Below are positions 43,943 through 53,725 of a stretch of DNA of 64,000 bases, in pieces (position 1 is the first letter of the stretch; each line of letters opens with the position of its first letter). The DNA lies in NCBI GenBank assembly GCA_963823035.1, contig CAWGKG010000004.1:288001-352000 (forward strand). The letters are read 5' to 3'. Under the pieces are notes generated by a model. That model saw only the letters and a list, made by a program, of their open reading frames with translations, did not search any database and was not told the DNA's origin. Made by a program: the position numbers and the translations under genes. The stretch is from an uncultured Gemmatimonadales bacterium. GTDB lineage: Bacteria; Gemmatimonadota; Gemmatimonadetes; Longimicrobiales; Gaopeijiaceae.

Positions 43943-45436
43943 TCAGCAGCGCGGCCAGCAAGCCGGGAGCGGATCGTGGAAGGGAGCCTCGTGCCGGAGC
44001 ACGGTGCGCTCCCCGGCCAGGGCCGCCAGCACGCCCACCTCCGTGGAGCCGTCGTCCGCGGCGTGATGGGCGAGCATCGCCCACATCAGCTCGAGGTAGG
44101 CGACGTCGGCAGCCGTGGGGGCGTCCGTGCGCGTCGCGTGGTTCGGAGTCGCGCACTCCACCATGATCGACGGCCACTTGCAGCCGTGGCCCACGCCGAG
44201 CACGTGGATCAGCTCGTGGCCGGCCAGCCAGGCGTTCCCGAGCAATCCACGGCTCGCCACCGCGACGCGGGCGCTGTCCACGCGAGAGGTGGCCAGGGAG
44301 GCGACCGGCGCCACGTTGCCGTGCCACCCCTCCGCGTCCTGGAGCCGCGTCGCCGCGGGGGGGGCCGTGAAGGGGACGCCGACACCGGAGGTGGAGAGCG
44401 TCGCATCGACCGAGACGCGCACGGCCGGACCTTCCACGGAGCCGTCCGCCGGCCGGAAGAGGTCGCGGCCCAGGACATCCTCGAGGCTGTTCACGGCGGC
44501 CCACCAGGCCACCGAGTCGGCCGCCCCGATCGAACGATCGCTCCGCGCCCGATCGAACAGGACGGGGAGGGGGAAGTCGGCGCTCCACGCGTACTGGAAG
44601 GCGGTGAAGCGCTCGGCCGTGCTCGCGGTCTGATAGAAGGACCCGAGCGCCGCGCTCGCGTCGAACGCGTCGTCGAGGGACACGGACACCGTCTGGCCTG
44701 CGTAGCGGCCCCTCCGCACCGTCCACGCGCGTGGCACGAGCAGGATGCGGACATCGGTCGCGAACTCGAGCGCCTCGAGCCGGAAGAGGGCCGGAAGGTA
44801 GGCGGCGGCCTCGGGGTCGGCGGTGGCCACTTCGATCTCGGACCACCCCGGCGCGCTGAAGGGGATCTCGACATGGAACGTGCCGTCGGCCGGGATCGAG
44901 GCGGAAGCCGTCCGCCCGTCGGACGCGCGCAGCGTCAGGGTGAGGCCCGGCAGCGCGCCCCCGTCCGCCGTGGACACCGTCCCCGTAACGGCCACGAAGG
45001 TCGTCGCGGCCGTCGGCGCCGAGGTCGCGCAGGTGGGGTCGGCCCCGTTCGCGCCGCACGCGACCACCCGGTACCCGTGCTCCCTGTTGGGCAGCGCGGA
45101 CGGGTCGAGCCAGCTCCGGTCGGTCGCCCCGACCGTCGCGACCTCGCGCCACACGGTGTCCGGGAGGGGACAGGGCGGGGGTGAGGTCGCCGCCGGACGG
45201 AAGTAGTTCTCGGCGCACCCCCGGGTGAGCCGCCGCTCGATGCGGAAGAGCCCGATGCCGCCGTCGTCGTCGCGCCACGTCAGGCGCACGTGCGTGGCCG
45301 TCTCGACCTGCGCGCGCAGGTCGGAGGGCGCGGAGATCCCGGAGGACTCCGGGGGCGCGATCAGGTCGCGCGCCGCGGCGCCGCATGCCCCGACCACGAC
45401 CGCCAGCAACAGCGGTGCTGCCCGTCCGTTCGCCAT
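43943..45436 (-). CDS. lipoprotein with FN3-like domain and metzincin-type Zn metalloprotease motif
   Basis: VGAC lipobox; APSDL..VRLTWRD..FRIER..YRVVAC; HELIHVLGVGH followed by a SIM Met-turn. Confidence 0.75.
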   Translation of the reverse strand: MANGRAAPLLLAVVVGACGAAARDLIAPPESSGISAPSDLRAQVETATHVRLTWRDDDGGIGLFRIERRLTRGCAENYFRPAATSPPPCPLPDTVWREVATVGATDRSWLDPSALPNREHGYRVVACGANGADPTCATSAPTAATTFVAVTGTVSTADGGALPGLTLTLRASDGRTASASIPADGTFHVEIPFSAPGWSEIEVATADPEAAAYLPALFRLEALEFATDVRILLVPRAWTVRRGRYAGQTVSVSLDDAFDASAALGSFYQTASTAERFTAFQYAWSADFPLPVLFDRARSDRSIGAADSVAWWAAVNSLEDVLGRDLFRPADGSVEGPAVRVSVDATLSTSGVGVPFTAPPAATRLQDAEGWHGNVAPVASLATSRVDSARVAVASRGLLGNAWLAGHELIHVLGVGHGCKWPSIMVECATPNHATRTDAPTAADVAYLELMWAMLAHHAADDGSTEVGVLAALAGERTVLRHEAPFHDPLPACWPRC

Positions 45437-45506
45437 GATCGACCTTCCCCCGGGCTTCGATTACCTTGCCTTGCCCATCTTCCCGGGACCTGTCAAGGCA
45501 AAGGCC

Positions 45507-46409
45507 ATGCCCGAGCTTCCCGAGATCACCGCCTACCTCGAGGGCCTCGAGCGCACCGTCGTCGGCCGGCCGCTGGAGCGCGTCCGGTTGCGCTCCCCCT
45601 CGCTGCTGCGCACCTGGGACCCGCCGCTGTCCACCGCGGAGGGCCGACGCGTGGTCGGCGTCCGCCGCATCGGGAAGCGGGTCGTGTGGGAGATGGAAGA
45701 TACCCTCTTTCTCGTCTTCCACCTGATGATCACCGGCCGCTTCCACTGGAAGAAGAAGGGCGTGGCCGTGCCGAAGAAGAACGCCCACGCCGCCTTCGAC
45801 TTCCCGGACGGCACGCTTCTGCTCACCGAACAGGCCACCAGGAAGCGTGCCTCGCTGCACGTGGTAGCGGGGGAGGAGGCGCTGGCGGAGCTCGATCCAG
45901 GCGGGCTCGAGGTCCTCGACGCGACGCCCGAGGCCTTCCGCGAGGCGCTCGCGCGGGAGAACCGCACGCTGAAGCGTGCGCTCACCGATCCCCGCGTGCT
46001 GAGCGGGATCGGCAACGCGCACTCGGACGAGATCCTCCTCTTCGCCCGCCTGTCCCCCCTTCAGCTGACGCGCAACCTCACGGAAGAGGAGACGGATCGG
46101 CTGTTCGCGGTGGCGCGGCGCTCGCTGGTCGCGTGGACGGAGCGGCTGCGCGCGGACTTCGGCGACGGCTTCCCCGAGAAGATCACCGCCTTCCACCCCG
46201 CCATGGCGGCGCACGGCCGCTACGGCGAGCCATGCCCGGTGTGCGGATCGGCGATCCAGCGCATCCGGTACGCCGATCGCGAGACGAACTACTGCGCGGT
46301 GTGCCAGACCGGCGGAAAGGTGCTCGCCGACCGCGGCCTGTCCCGTCTGCTCGGAGACGACTGGCCACGCACGCTCGAGGAGCTGGAGGAGTTGAAGAAG
46401 CTGAAGTAG
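45507..46409 (+). CDS. Fpg/Nei family DNA glycosylase/AP lyase
   Basis: MPELPE start, RIGK, HLMITG, H2TH GIGNAHSDEIL, CPVC...CAVCQ zinc finger. Confidence 0.92.
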   Translation: MPELPEITAYLEGLERTVVGRPLERVRLRSPSLLRTWDPPLSTAEGRRVVGVRRIGKRVVWEMEDTLFLVFHLMITGRFHWKKKGVAVPKKNAHAAFDFPDGTLLLTEQATRKRASLHVVAGEEALAELDPGGLEVLDATPEAFREALARENRTLKRALTDPRVLSGIGNAHSDEILLFARLSPLQLTRNLTEEETDRLFAVARRSLVAWTERLRADFGDGFPEKITAFHPAMAAHGRYGEPCPVCGSAIQRIRYADRETNYCAVCQTGGKVLADRGLSRLLGDDWPRTLEELEELKKLK

Positions 46410-46636
46410 CGTTGGTGGAGGGTCACGCCGGAGGGGTCCTGAGCGCCTTCCCGACTTCCTCGGCTTCCTGTCCCCCCACCGTCCGGGCGGTTACCTTTGG
46501 AGGTGAGATACGCGGATCGACCTGTCCGCAGTCTCCGTGCGGGGGCGTCGGCTCCGGGGGAGTGTGCTCCAGATCATGAACGAAGGCGGGAGTCGGGGGA
46601 GGGACCCCAGCCGCGGAGGAATCCGCGGTCGGGAAG

Positions 46637-47284
46637 GTGGGCTGCGCGTATCGATCGACCAGGGTACGTGTCGAGTCCGGCCAGGTCATCGAGGGGATCC
46701 TGAACGCCATACCTGCCAGGGTCTTCTGGAAGAACCTGGACCTCGTCTACCTGGGCTGCAACGAGATCTTCGCGCGTGACGCGGGATTCGCCTCGGCCCG
46801 GGACGTCATCGGCAAGGACGACTACCAGATGGTGTGGCGTGACCAGGCCGAGCTCTATCGCGCCGACGACTTTCAGGTCATCGAGAGCGGTCAGAGCCGG
46901 CTGTTGATCGAGGAGCCCCAGACGACCCCCGAAGGGACCACGATCACGCTCCTCACCAGCAAGGTGCCGCTCCGCGACGCCGCGGGGAGGATCACGGGTG
47001 TCCTCGGCACGTACATGGACATCAGCGACCGCAAGCGGATGGAGGACGCACTCGAGGAGGAGCGAGCGAGGCTCCAGCAGGCGCTGGCGGATGTCCGGAC
47101 GCTCCGCGGCATCGTGCCGATCTGCTCGCTCTGCAAGAGGGTCCGCGACGACCAGGGCTACTGGAAGCAGGTGGAGACGTACGTCAGCCATCATTCCGAG
47201 GCGTTGTTCAGCCATGGGATCTGCCCGAGGTGCTCCGAGACGCTCTACGGCGCCCTGGACAAGGACGAGGACGAGGACGAGTAG
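46637..47284 (+). CDS. PAS/PAC domain protein with C-terminal Cys/His motif; start uncertain
   Basis: IPARVFWK..YLGCN..VIGKDD, KVPLRDAAGRITGVLG..DISDRK; ICSLCK..GYW..SHGICPRC. Confidence 0.85.
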   Translation: MGCAYRSTRVRVESGQVIEGILNAIPARVFWKNLDLVYLGCNEIFARDAGFASARDVIGKDDYQMVWRDQAELYRADDFQVIESGQSRLLIEEPQTTPEGTTITLLTSKVPLRDAAGRITGVLGTYMDISDRKRMEDALEEERARLQQALADVRTLRGIVPICSLCKRVRDDQGYWKQVETYVSHHSEALFSHGICPRCSETLYGALDKDEDEDE

Positions 47285-47397
47285 CAGCTTCGTCGGACAT
47301 CGCTCCGACGTTCGCGCACCCGTGGCGCTCTGAGCCACGATGGGATCACCGCAGGCCGCCGCCCGTGACGAACCCTTGCGTGCTGTCTGTCGTAAGC

Positions 47398-47413
47398 TAT
47401 ATCGTACGATATA
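47398..47413. promoter_or_regulatory. putative PadR operator
   Basis: Perfect 16-bp palindrome TATATCGTACGATATA about 65 bp upstream of padR. Confidence 0.75.
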
Positions 47414-47477
47414 CTCTCCGATCTATTGTGCCGAAGATCGGACGACAGCAACGTAACGAGGATCAGGAGGAAGGACG

Positions 47478-48041
47478 ATGTTCTGCGGACAACGAGGAAG
47501 GGGCATGGATTTCGACTGGCTGTTCGACTGGGACGCAGGCTTCGGCCCTCGCATGCGCGGCCGCGGAGGCCGGCGTGGGCCCAGGCGCGCGTTCTTCCGT
47601 CAGGGGGAGGTGCGCCTCGCGCTCCTCTCCCTCCTGCACGACGGGCCGGCGCACGGCTACGAGCTGATGAAGCGTCTCGAGGAGCGTTCGGGGGGGATGT
47701 ACCACGCGAGCGCGGGCACGGTCTACCCCGTGCTGCAGCAGCTCGAGGACGAGGACCTCGTGCGCTCCCGGGAGCAGGACGGGAAGAAGGTCTTCGACCT
47801 GACGGACGCCGGGCGCGACGAGCTGCGCCTGCACGAGGAGGCGGTGGAGCGCATCTGGAAGCGCGCCGGGGGGTGGAAGGAGTGGGGCGTGCACATGGGT
47901 CCCGAGTCCGCCGAGATCTGGAGCTCGTGGGGGCGCCTGACGAAGGCGGCGTTCAAGGCGGCCACCCGGGCGGACCTCGAGGCCACCGAGAAGATCCGCG
48001 CCATCCTCGACCGCGCACGTAAGGAGTTGGAGGGGCTGTAG
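47478..48041 (+). CDS. PadR family transcriptional regulator (YqjI-like, Gly/Arg-rich N-terminus)
   Basis: AGGAGG RBS; GEVRLALLSLL..PAHGYELM, SAGTVYPVLQQLED, GKKVFDLTDAG. Confidence 0.92.
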   Translation: MFCGQRGRGMDFDWLFDWDAGFGPRMRGRGGRRGPRRAFFRQGEVRLALLSLLHDGPAHGYELMKRLEERSGGMYHASAGTVYPVLQQLEDEDLVRSREQDGKKVFDLTDAGRDELRLHEEAVERIWKRAGGWKEWGVHMGPESAEIWSSWGRLTKAAFKAATRADLEATEKIRAILDRARKELEGL

Positions 48042-48054
48042 CGGCTCGCCCGCC

Positions 48055-48098
48055 CGTGGCCGCCCCCGGTTGTACGCCGGGGGCGGCCACGTCACTTT
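48055..48098 (+). terminator. probable intrinsic terminator / stable hairpin after padR
   Basis: Perfect 15-bp stem CGTGGCCGCCCCCGG-TTGTACG-CCGGGGGCGGCCACG, then TCACTTT. Confidence 0.55.
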
Positions 48099-48160
48099 GG
48101 TCGGACGCGCCGGCGTGGACGCCGGCGCGCGCTCCATCCCCCGACCACGGTGAGAGCCCC

Positions 48161-50032
48161 GTGACGACTCCCCTCCTGTTGGCAGCACTTCTGGCCGCGG
48201 CCGTACCCGCGGACACCCTTCCGGTACCCCACGCCTACCAGGAGGCCCTCCGGGCCGACACCCGGAGCGCCTCGGGTGCGCCGGGCAGCCGCTACTGGCA
48301 GCAGGAGGTCCAGTACCGGATTCGCGCGCGCCTGGAGCCCGAGGCGACGAAGGTCACCGGATCCGAGACCATCACCTACGCCAACCGCTCGCCCGACACG
48401 CTGAACGAGATCTGGCTGAACCTGGGGCAGAACGTGTTCGCGCCGGGCAACCCGCGCGACCGCGTGGCGCCGATCACGGGCGGCTTCGACCTCGGTCGCG
48501 TGGTGGTGCAGGGAACACCGGTGGCGCTGCAGCCGCGGGGTGGTGCCGAGTCGCTCTCGACGTCGGAACGGATCGAGCTTCCCCACCCTCTGCGTCCCGG
48601 CGAGACGGCGGAGCTGAGCGTCGACTGGAGCTTCGTCGTCCCCGAGGGGACGTTTCGCATGGGTCGCGAGGGCAGGCACGTCTTCTACCTCGCGCAGTGG
48701 TATCCCCAGATCGCCGTCTACGACGACCTGAACGGATGGGCGAGGGACCCGTACCTGGGTGACGGCGAGTTCTACCTCGAATACGGGGACTTCGACGTCG
48801 CGATCACGGCGCCGGCCGGGTGGCTGGTGAGCGCCTCGGGCGTTCTGCAGAACGCGGACGAGGTGCTCACGCCGCAGGCCGTCGAGCGGCTGGGTGGGCT
48901 CTCCCGCGACCACGTCTCGCACATCGTCAGCACGGCGGACCGCGAGGGCGGGCGTGCCACGGCCGCGGGCGGGGAGGACGGCACGCTCACCTGGGAGTGG
49001 GTGGCGGAGAACGTGCGCGACTTCGCGTGGGGCGCGTCGGACCAGTACGTGTGGGACGGCACGGTGGCGGAGTACGAGAACGACGACGGCACCACGCACG
49101 CGTCCGACATCTTCACGCTCTACCGGCCCGACCGCCCCAACTGGGACCACTCCGCGGAATACGCGCGCCACGCCATCGAAACACACTCCCACTGGTACCC
49201 CTATCCCTACCCGCACATGACGGTCAACGAGGGCGTGATCGGCGGCGGGATGGAGTACCCGATGATCACGATCATCGGCGGGGGTAGCACGCCGATCGCG
49301 CTCTACGGCGTGATCTCGCACGAGCTCGGCCACATGTGGTGGCCGATGGTGGTCGGGTCGAACGAGCGCAGGTTCGCGTGGATGGACGAGGGGCTGGCCT
49401 CCTTCGCGGAGGATCTGGCGACGCCCGACCTCTTCCCCGACGTGGACGCGGGGCTGAACACCATGAACGGCTACCTGCGGATCGCGGGCTCGGACCGGGA
49501 GACGCCGTCGATGCGCGCGGCCGACCTGTACGGCGCGTTCGGCAACCGGGGCATGGCGTCCTACGGGAAGCCGGCATCGGTCTTCCGGGCGTTGCGCACC
49601 ATCCTCGGGCCGAAGGTGTTCGACGAGGCGATGCGCACCTACATCCGCCGGTGGGCGTTCAAGCACCCGGATCCGCTCGACCTCTTCCGCACGTTCGAGG
49701 ACGTCACCGGCCGCGACCTCGACGGCTATTTCTACGACTGGATGTACACGACGCGCGTGCTCGACCAGGCCGTGGTGAGCGTGCACGCGACGTCCGACGG
49801 AGCGGACATCCTGCTCGAGGACCGGGGCGAGATCCGCATGCCGGTGATCGTCGAGGTCACGTCCGATGCGGGGGGACGCACCCGGATGATGGTGCCCGTG
49901 GACGCGTGGGAGGACGGGCGGGCCACCGCGCACGTCAAGATCACCGGCAACGTGACCAGCGTGGTCCTCGATCCCGAGCAGCGCTTTCCCGACGTCGACC
50001 GGGAGAACAACCGTTGGACGCCGGTGGAGTAG
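48161..50032 (+). CDS. M1 family metallopeptidase
   Basis: YWQQ, AQWYP, GEFY, GGMEYP, HELGH...WMDEG, YGKP, VLDPE..PDVDRENN. Confidence 0.92.
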   Translation: MTTPLLLAALLAAAVPADTLPVPHAYQEALRADTRSASGAPGSRYWQQEVQYRIRARLEPEATKVTGSETITYANRSPDTLNEIWLNLGQNVFAPGNPRDRVAPITGGFDLGRVVVQGTPVALQPRGGAESLSTSERIELPHPLRPGETAELSVDWSFVVPEGTFRMGREGRHVFYLAQWYPQIAVYDDLNGWARDPYLGDGEFYLEYGDFDVAITAPAGWLVSASGVLQNADEVLTPQAVERLGGLSRDHVSHIVSTADREGGRATAAGGEDGTLTWEWVAENVRDFAWGASDQYVWDGTVAEYENDDGTTHASDIFTLYRPDRPNWDHSAEYARHAIETHSHWYPYPYPHMTVNEGVIGGGMEYPMITIIGGGSTPIALYGVISHELGHMWWPMVVGSNERRFAWMDEGLASFAEDLATPDLFPDVDAGLNTMNGYLRIAGSDRETPSMRAADLYGAFGNRGMASYGKPASVFRALRTILGPKVFDEAMRTYIRRWAFKHPDPLDLFRTFEDVTGRDLDGYFYDWMYTTRVLDQAVVSVHATSDGADILLEDRGEIRMPVIVEVTSDAGGRTRMMVPVDAWEDGRATAHVKITGNVTSVVLDPEQRFPDVDRENNRWTPVE

Positions 50033-50040
50033 AGGGCCGG

Positions 50041-50871
50041 GTGAGCGCTCCGGCGGCGCCACAGCTCGCTGCGGTGCGCTATCGGCCTCCCGAGGGCGCC
50101 GCGGCGGCGGGCTTTCCCTTCTCGGTGCCCGCGATCGCCAGCCTCGACCTTCTCGAGCTGGAGACTCCGGTCACCCTGCTCGTGGGGGAGAACGGGACCG
50201 GCAAGTCCACCTTCCTCGAGGCGCTGGCGATCGCTACGGGCCTTCCCGCGGTGGGCGCCAGCCGACTCGGCGACGATCCGACGCTCGAGCCCCAGCGCCG
50301 CCTCGCCCGCCATCTCAAGCTCACCTGGCGGGGACGGCGCACGCACCGGGGCTTCTTCCTGCGGGCCGAGGACTTCTTCGGCTTCCAGAAGGAGGTGGGC
50401 CGCATGATGGCCGAGCACCGCGCCGAGCTCGACCGCGTCGACCGGGACATGGCCGGGCATTCCGAGTACGGGCGCATGCTGGCGAAGGGCCCGCACAACG
50501 CGTCCATCGCCGGGCTCTCTCGCAGCTATGGGGAGAACCCCGATGCGCGTTCGCACGGGGAGGCGTTCCTCCGCCTCTTCGGCTCGCGGCTGGTGCCGCA
50601 GGGCGTCTACCTGATGGACGAGCCGGAGGCCGCGCTGTCCCCGCAGAGCCAGCTCGCCTTCCTGGCGATGGTGAAGGACGCGATCGACGCCGGCTCGCAG
50701 TTCGTCGTCGCGACGCACGCGCCGATCCTCATGGCGACGCCCGGCGCGACGATCCTGGGGTTCGACGAGACGCCGGTGCGTGCCGTGGCGTTCGAAGAGC
50801 TCGAGTCCGTGCGGCTCGTGCGGGACTTCCTGGTCGCTCCGGAGCGCTACCTGCGTCGCATCTGGGAGTGA
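50041..50871 (+). CDS. AAA/ABC-type predicted ATPase (COG3910-like)
   Basis: FPFSVPAI, GENGTGKST, FFLRAEDFF, SHGEAFL, YLMDEPEAALSP, ATHAP. Confidence 0.88.
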   Translation: MSAPAAPQLAAVRYRPPEGAAAAGFPFSVPAIASLDLLELETPVTLLVGENGTGKSTFLEALAIATGLPAVGASRLGDDPTLEPQRRLARHLKLTWRGRRTHRGFFLRAEDFFGFQKEVGRMMAEHRAELDRVDRDMAGHSEYGRMLAKGPHNASIAGLSRSYGENPDARSHGEAFLRLFGSRLVPQGVYLMDEPEAALSPQSQLAFLAMVKDAIDAGSQFVVATHAPILMATPGATILGFDETPVRAVAFEELESVRLVRDFLVAPERYLRRIWE

Positions 50872-50881
50872 CGGCGCCCGC

Positions 50882-52432
50882 TCAGGCGCCCGCCTCCCTC
50901 CTCATGGGTGCGGCCCCGCCCGGCACCACCCCCATCTCCTGCAGGACCGCGGCCTGGTCCTGCTCGGACGGGATCTCCCACCCTTGCTGGTAGTGGAACA
51001 CGTCGTACAGGGGGCGGCTCCCGAACGAGCCGTCCAGGATCTCCATGTGGTCCGAGGTCAGGAAGCCGGGGTGCTCGACGCCGCAGGCGTGGCTCAGGCG
51101 CAGGAGCTCCTTGCGCAGCGTCATCACGTAGTTGGCGAGGCGTGCCGCCTTGTCCGTGGGCACGAGCCCGCGTGCGAGCCAGCGGTTCTGCGTGGCCACG
51201 CCGGTGGGGCAGTGGTCGGTGTGACAGCGCTGTGCCTGGATGCAGCCGATGGACAACATCGCCTCGCGGGCCACGTTGATCATGTCCGCCCCCAGGCAGA
51301 AGGCGAGCAGGCCCGACTCGGGAAAGCCGAGCTTGCCGGACGTGAGCCAGACCACGTCGCGGTGCACGCCCCGCTCGGCGAACGTCCGGTAGACCCGGCT
51401 GAACCCGATCTTGAAGGGGAGGGCGACGTGGTCGGCGAAGGCGAAGGGGGCGGCGCCCGTGCCTCCCTCTCCCCCGTCGATCGTGATGAAGTCCACGCCG
51501 CGCTGCTCGGCCGCCATCCGGTCGGCGAGCTCGCTCCAGAACCCCAGCTCGCCCACGGCGGACTTGATGCCCACGGGCACGCCCGTCGCGTCGGCCAGGT
51601 CCTCCACGAAGTCGAGCATCTCGTCGACGTTGCGGAAGGCCTTGTGCCCAGGCGGGCTGATCACGGCCTGTCCCTCGGGTACGCCGCGGATGCGCGCGAT
51701 CTCGGCGGTGACCTTCACGGCGGGGAGCACGCCTCCGAGGCCCGGCTTGGCACCCTGCGAGAGCTTGATCTCCACGGCGCGCACCGGATGCGCGGCGACC
51801 TTGTCCAGGAACTTCGCCCGGTCGAAGCCGCCGTCGGGTGCGCGTGCGCCGAAATAGCCGGTGCCGAGCTGCCAGATCAGGTCGCCCCCGTTCAGGTGGT
51901 AGGGGGAGATGCCGCCCTCGCCGGTGTTGTGCAGGCACCCGCAGATCTTCGCGCCGCGGTTGAGCGCTTCGATCGCGTTCGAGGAGAGGGACCCGAAGCT
52001 CATCGCGCTCACGTTCACCACGGATGGCGGGCGGAACGCCTTGCGTCGCCCGCGGTGGGCTCCGAGCACCTTCGCGCAGGGCAGGGGATAGCCCTCCGCG
52101 TGGGGACGGTCCTCGCCACGACCGATCGTGTTGTGCTTGATGATCAGGTAGTTCGACGACAGCTCCAGCTCGTTGTCCGTGCCGAAGCCGAGGTAGTTGT
52201 TCTCCTGCTTGGACGAGGCATACACCCACCGCCGCTTGTCGCGCGAGAAGGGCCGCTCCTCGTTGTTGGAGGTGACGATGTACTGGCGCAGCTCCGGGCC
52301 CACGGCTTCGAGCCAGTACCGGAAGTGCCCGATGATGGGGAAGTTGCGCAGGATCGCGTGCCGCTTCTGGACGAGGTCGTAGAGCACGATCGCCACGACG
52401 ACGCCGAGGAGCGCCTGCAAGAACCAGGTCAT
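50882..52432 (-). CDS. FMN-binding glutamate synthase family protein (GltB2/YerD-like)
   Basis: SAMSFGSLS, NTGEGG, EIKLSQGAKPG, DGGEGGTGAAP, CIQAQRCHTDHCP. Confidence 0.93.
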   Translation of the reverse strand: MTWFLQALLGVVVAIVLYDLVQKRHAILRNFPIIGHFRYWLEAVGPELRQYIVTSNNEERPFSRDKRRWVYASSKQENNYLGFGTDNELELSSNYLIIKHNTIGRGEDRPHAEGYPLPCAKVLGAHRGRRKAFRPPSVVNVSAMSFGSLSSNAIEALNRGAKICGCLHNTGEGGISPYHLNGGDLIWQLGTGYFGARAPDGGFDRAKFLDKVAAHPVRAVEIKLSQGAKPGLGGVLPAVKVTAEIARIRGVPEGQAVISPPGHKAFRNVDEMLDFVEDLADATGVPVGIKSAVGELGFWSELADRMAAEQRGVDFITIDGGEGGTGAAPFAFADHVALPFKIGFSRVYRTFAERGVHRDVVWLTSGKLGFPESGLLAFCLGADMINVAREAMLSIGCIQAQRCHTDHCPTGVATQNRWLARGLVPTDKAARLANYVMTLRKELLRLSHACGVEHPGFLTSDHMEILDGSFGSRPLYDVFHYQQGWEIPSEQDQAAVLQEMGVVPGGAAPMRREAGA

Positions 52433-52677
52433 GGGAGGGTCTCCCTCGCTCGCGGGTCTTCCGCCGCCCGCGCGTCCCGTGAATGCCAGAGGGGGTGGAC
52501 GGCGGCCTGAACCTACGGCCCCCCTCGGCGCGCCACCACGGGCGGCGCGACGCCGGCGACCGCTCGGTTGGCCGGTACCGGGCGCGCGCCTACATTCCAG
52601 GGACCTCCGTCCGTCCGGCTCGGGTGGCCGGCGGACGGTCTCTTTTCCCGGATCCTCCCGAGAGGTTGCTCCCCGTG

Positions 52678-53713
52678 ATGCGCACCCTGCTCATCGTCTC
52701 TTCGGTGGCCGCCCTGGCGGCGCCCACCGCCGGCGTCTGCGCAGCACCCCCGTGTCGATTCGACGGCGGCGGTCGTGGAGGGCACGGACTTCCGCGTCTA
52801 CGACGGAGAGGGCGGGGCCCGGTCCTTCGCCGACGTGGTGGCCGCGATCGCGGACGCGGAGGCGGTCCTCGTCGGAGAGACGCACGACGACGCGGTCGGC
52901 CACGGCGTCGAGACGCAGATCCTCGTCCGGGGCGCGCAGCGTGTCGGAGCCGTGAGCCAGGGTGGCGGCCCCTCGCGGACGGTCATCCTCTCGCTGGAGA
53001 TGTTCGAGCGCGACGTGCAGTACGTCCTCGACGAGTACCTCGCCGGCCTCATCACGGAGGATCAGTTCAAGCGGAGCGCCCGTCCCTGGGACCGCTACGA
53101 CACCGACTACCGGCCCATGGTGGAGTTCGCGCGGGCCCACGAGCATCCCCGTCGTGGCGGCGAACGCGCCCCGGCGGTACGTGAACCGCGTCAGCCGGCT
53201 GGGGTCGGGCTCCCTCTCCGCGTTGTCCTGGGAGGCCCGGGCGTACCTCCCACCGCTTGCCCTATCCCGGACCTTCCCCGCTCTACACCGAGCAGTGGAA
53301 CGCCCTCATGGGGGAGATGATGCAGGGGATGCCGGCGTCGGCGTCCGACTCGGCCGCTGCCGACGAGGGGCAAGGGGCAGACGGAGGAGGAGGCGCCCCC
53401 GCCACCCGTGCACGACCTGGGCAACGCCCTGCAGGCGCAGGCTCTATGGGACGCGTCGATGGGGGAGGCGGTCGCGCTCCAGCTCCGGCTGCATCCCGGC
53501 GCGCTGGTGATCCACTACGCGGGGTCGTTCCACGTCGAGAAGGGGACGGGAATTCCCGAGCGGGTGGTCGACTACCGCCCCGGGACGCGGGTGCTCACCG
53601 TGGTGCTTCAGCCCGCCGAGGACATCGACGCCTGGAACGACGAGGAAGACCAGGGGCTGGGCGACTTCGTGATCCTCACGCGCAAGCCGCCCGAGGCCGC
53701 GGCCGGACGCTGA
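52678..53713 (+). CDS. ChaN (EreA/TIKI-like) family exported protein; frameshifts near 52750, 53145, 53260, 53405
   Basis: VLVGETHDD, LSLEMFERDVQ, DYRPMVEFAR, AANAPRRY, AQALWDASM, GSFH. Confidence 0.85.
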
Positions 53714-53725
53714 CGCTCCGGCGGA

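Noticed and set aside
46410..46636. Riboswitch or ncRNA before the PAS gene
   Set aside because: Short stems are present but I recognise no aptamer consensus; an Rfam search would be needed.
47258..47284. GACGAG short tandem repeat
   Set aside because: Encodes an acidic DEDEDE tail; too short to suggest phase variation.
50041..50871. ATPase as a defence-system component or as partner of the orphan permeases
   Set aside because: No adjacent nuclease or TOPRIM gene; lacks the LSGGQ signature of LolD/MacB-type ATPases; looks like a stand-alone COG3910 protein.
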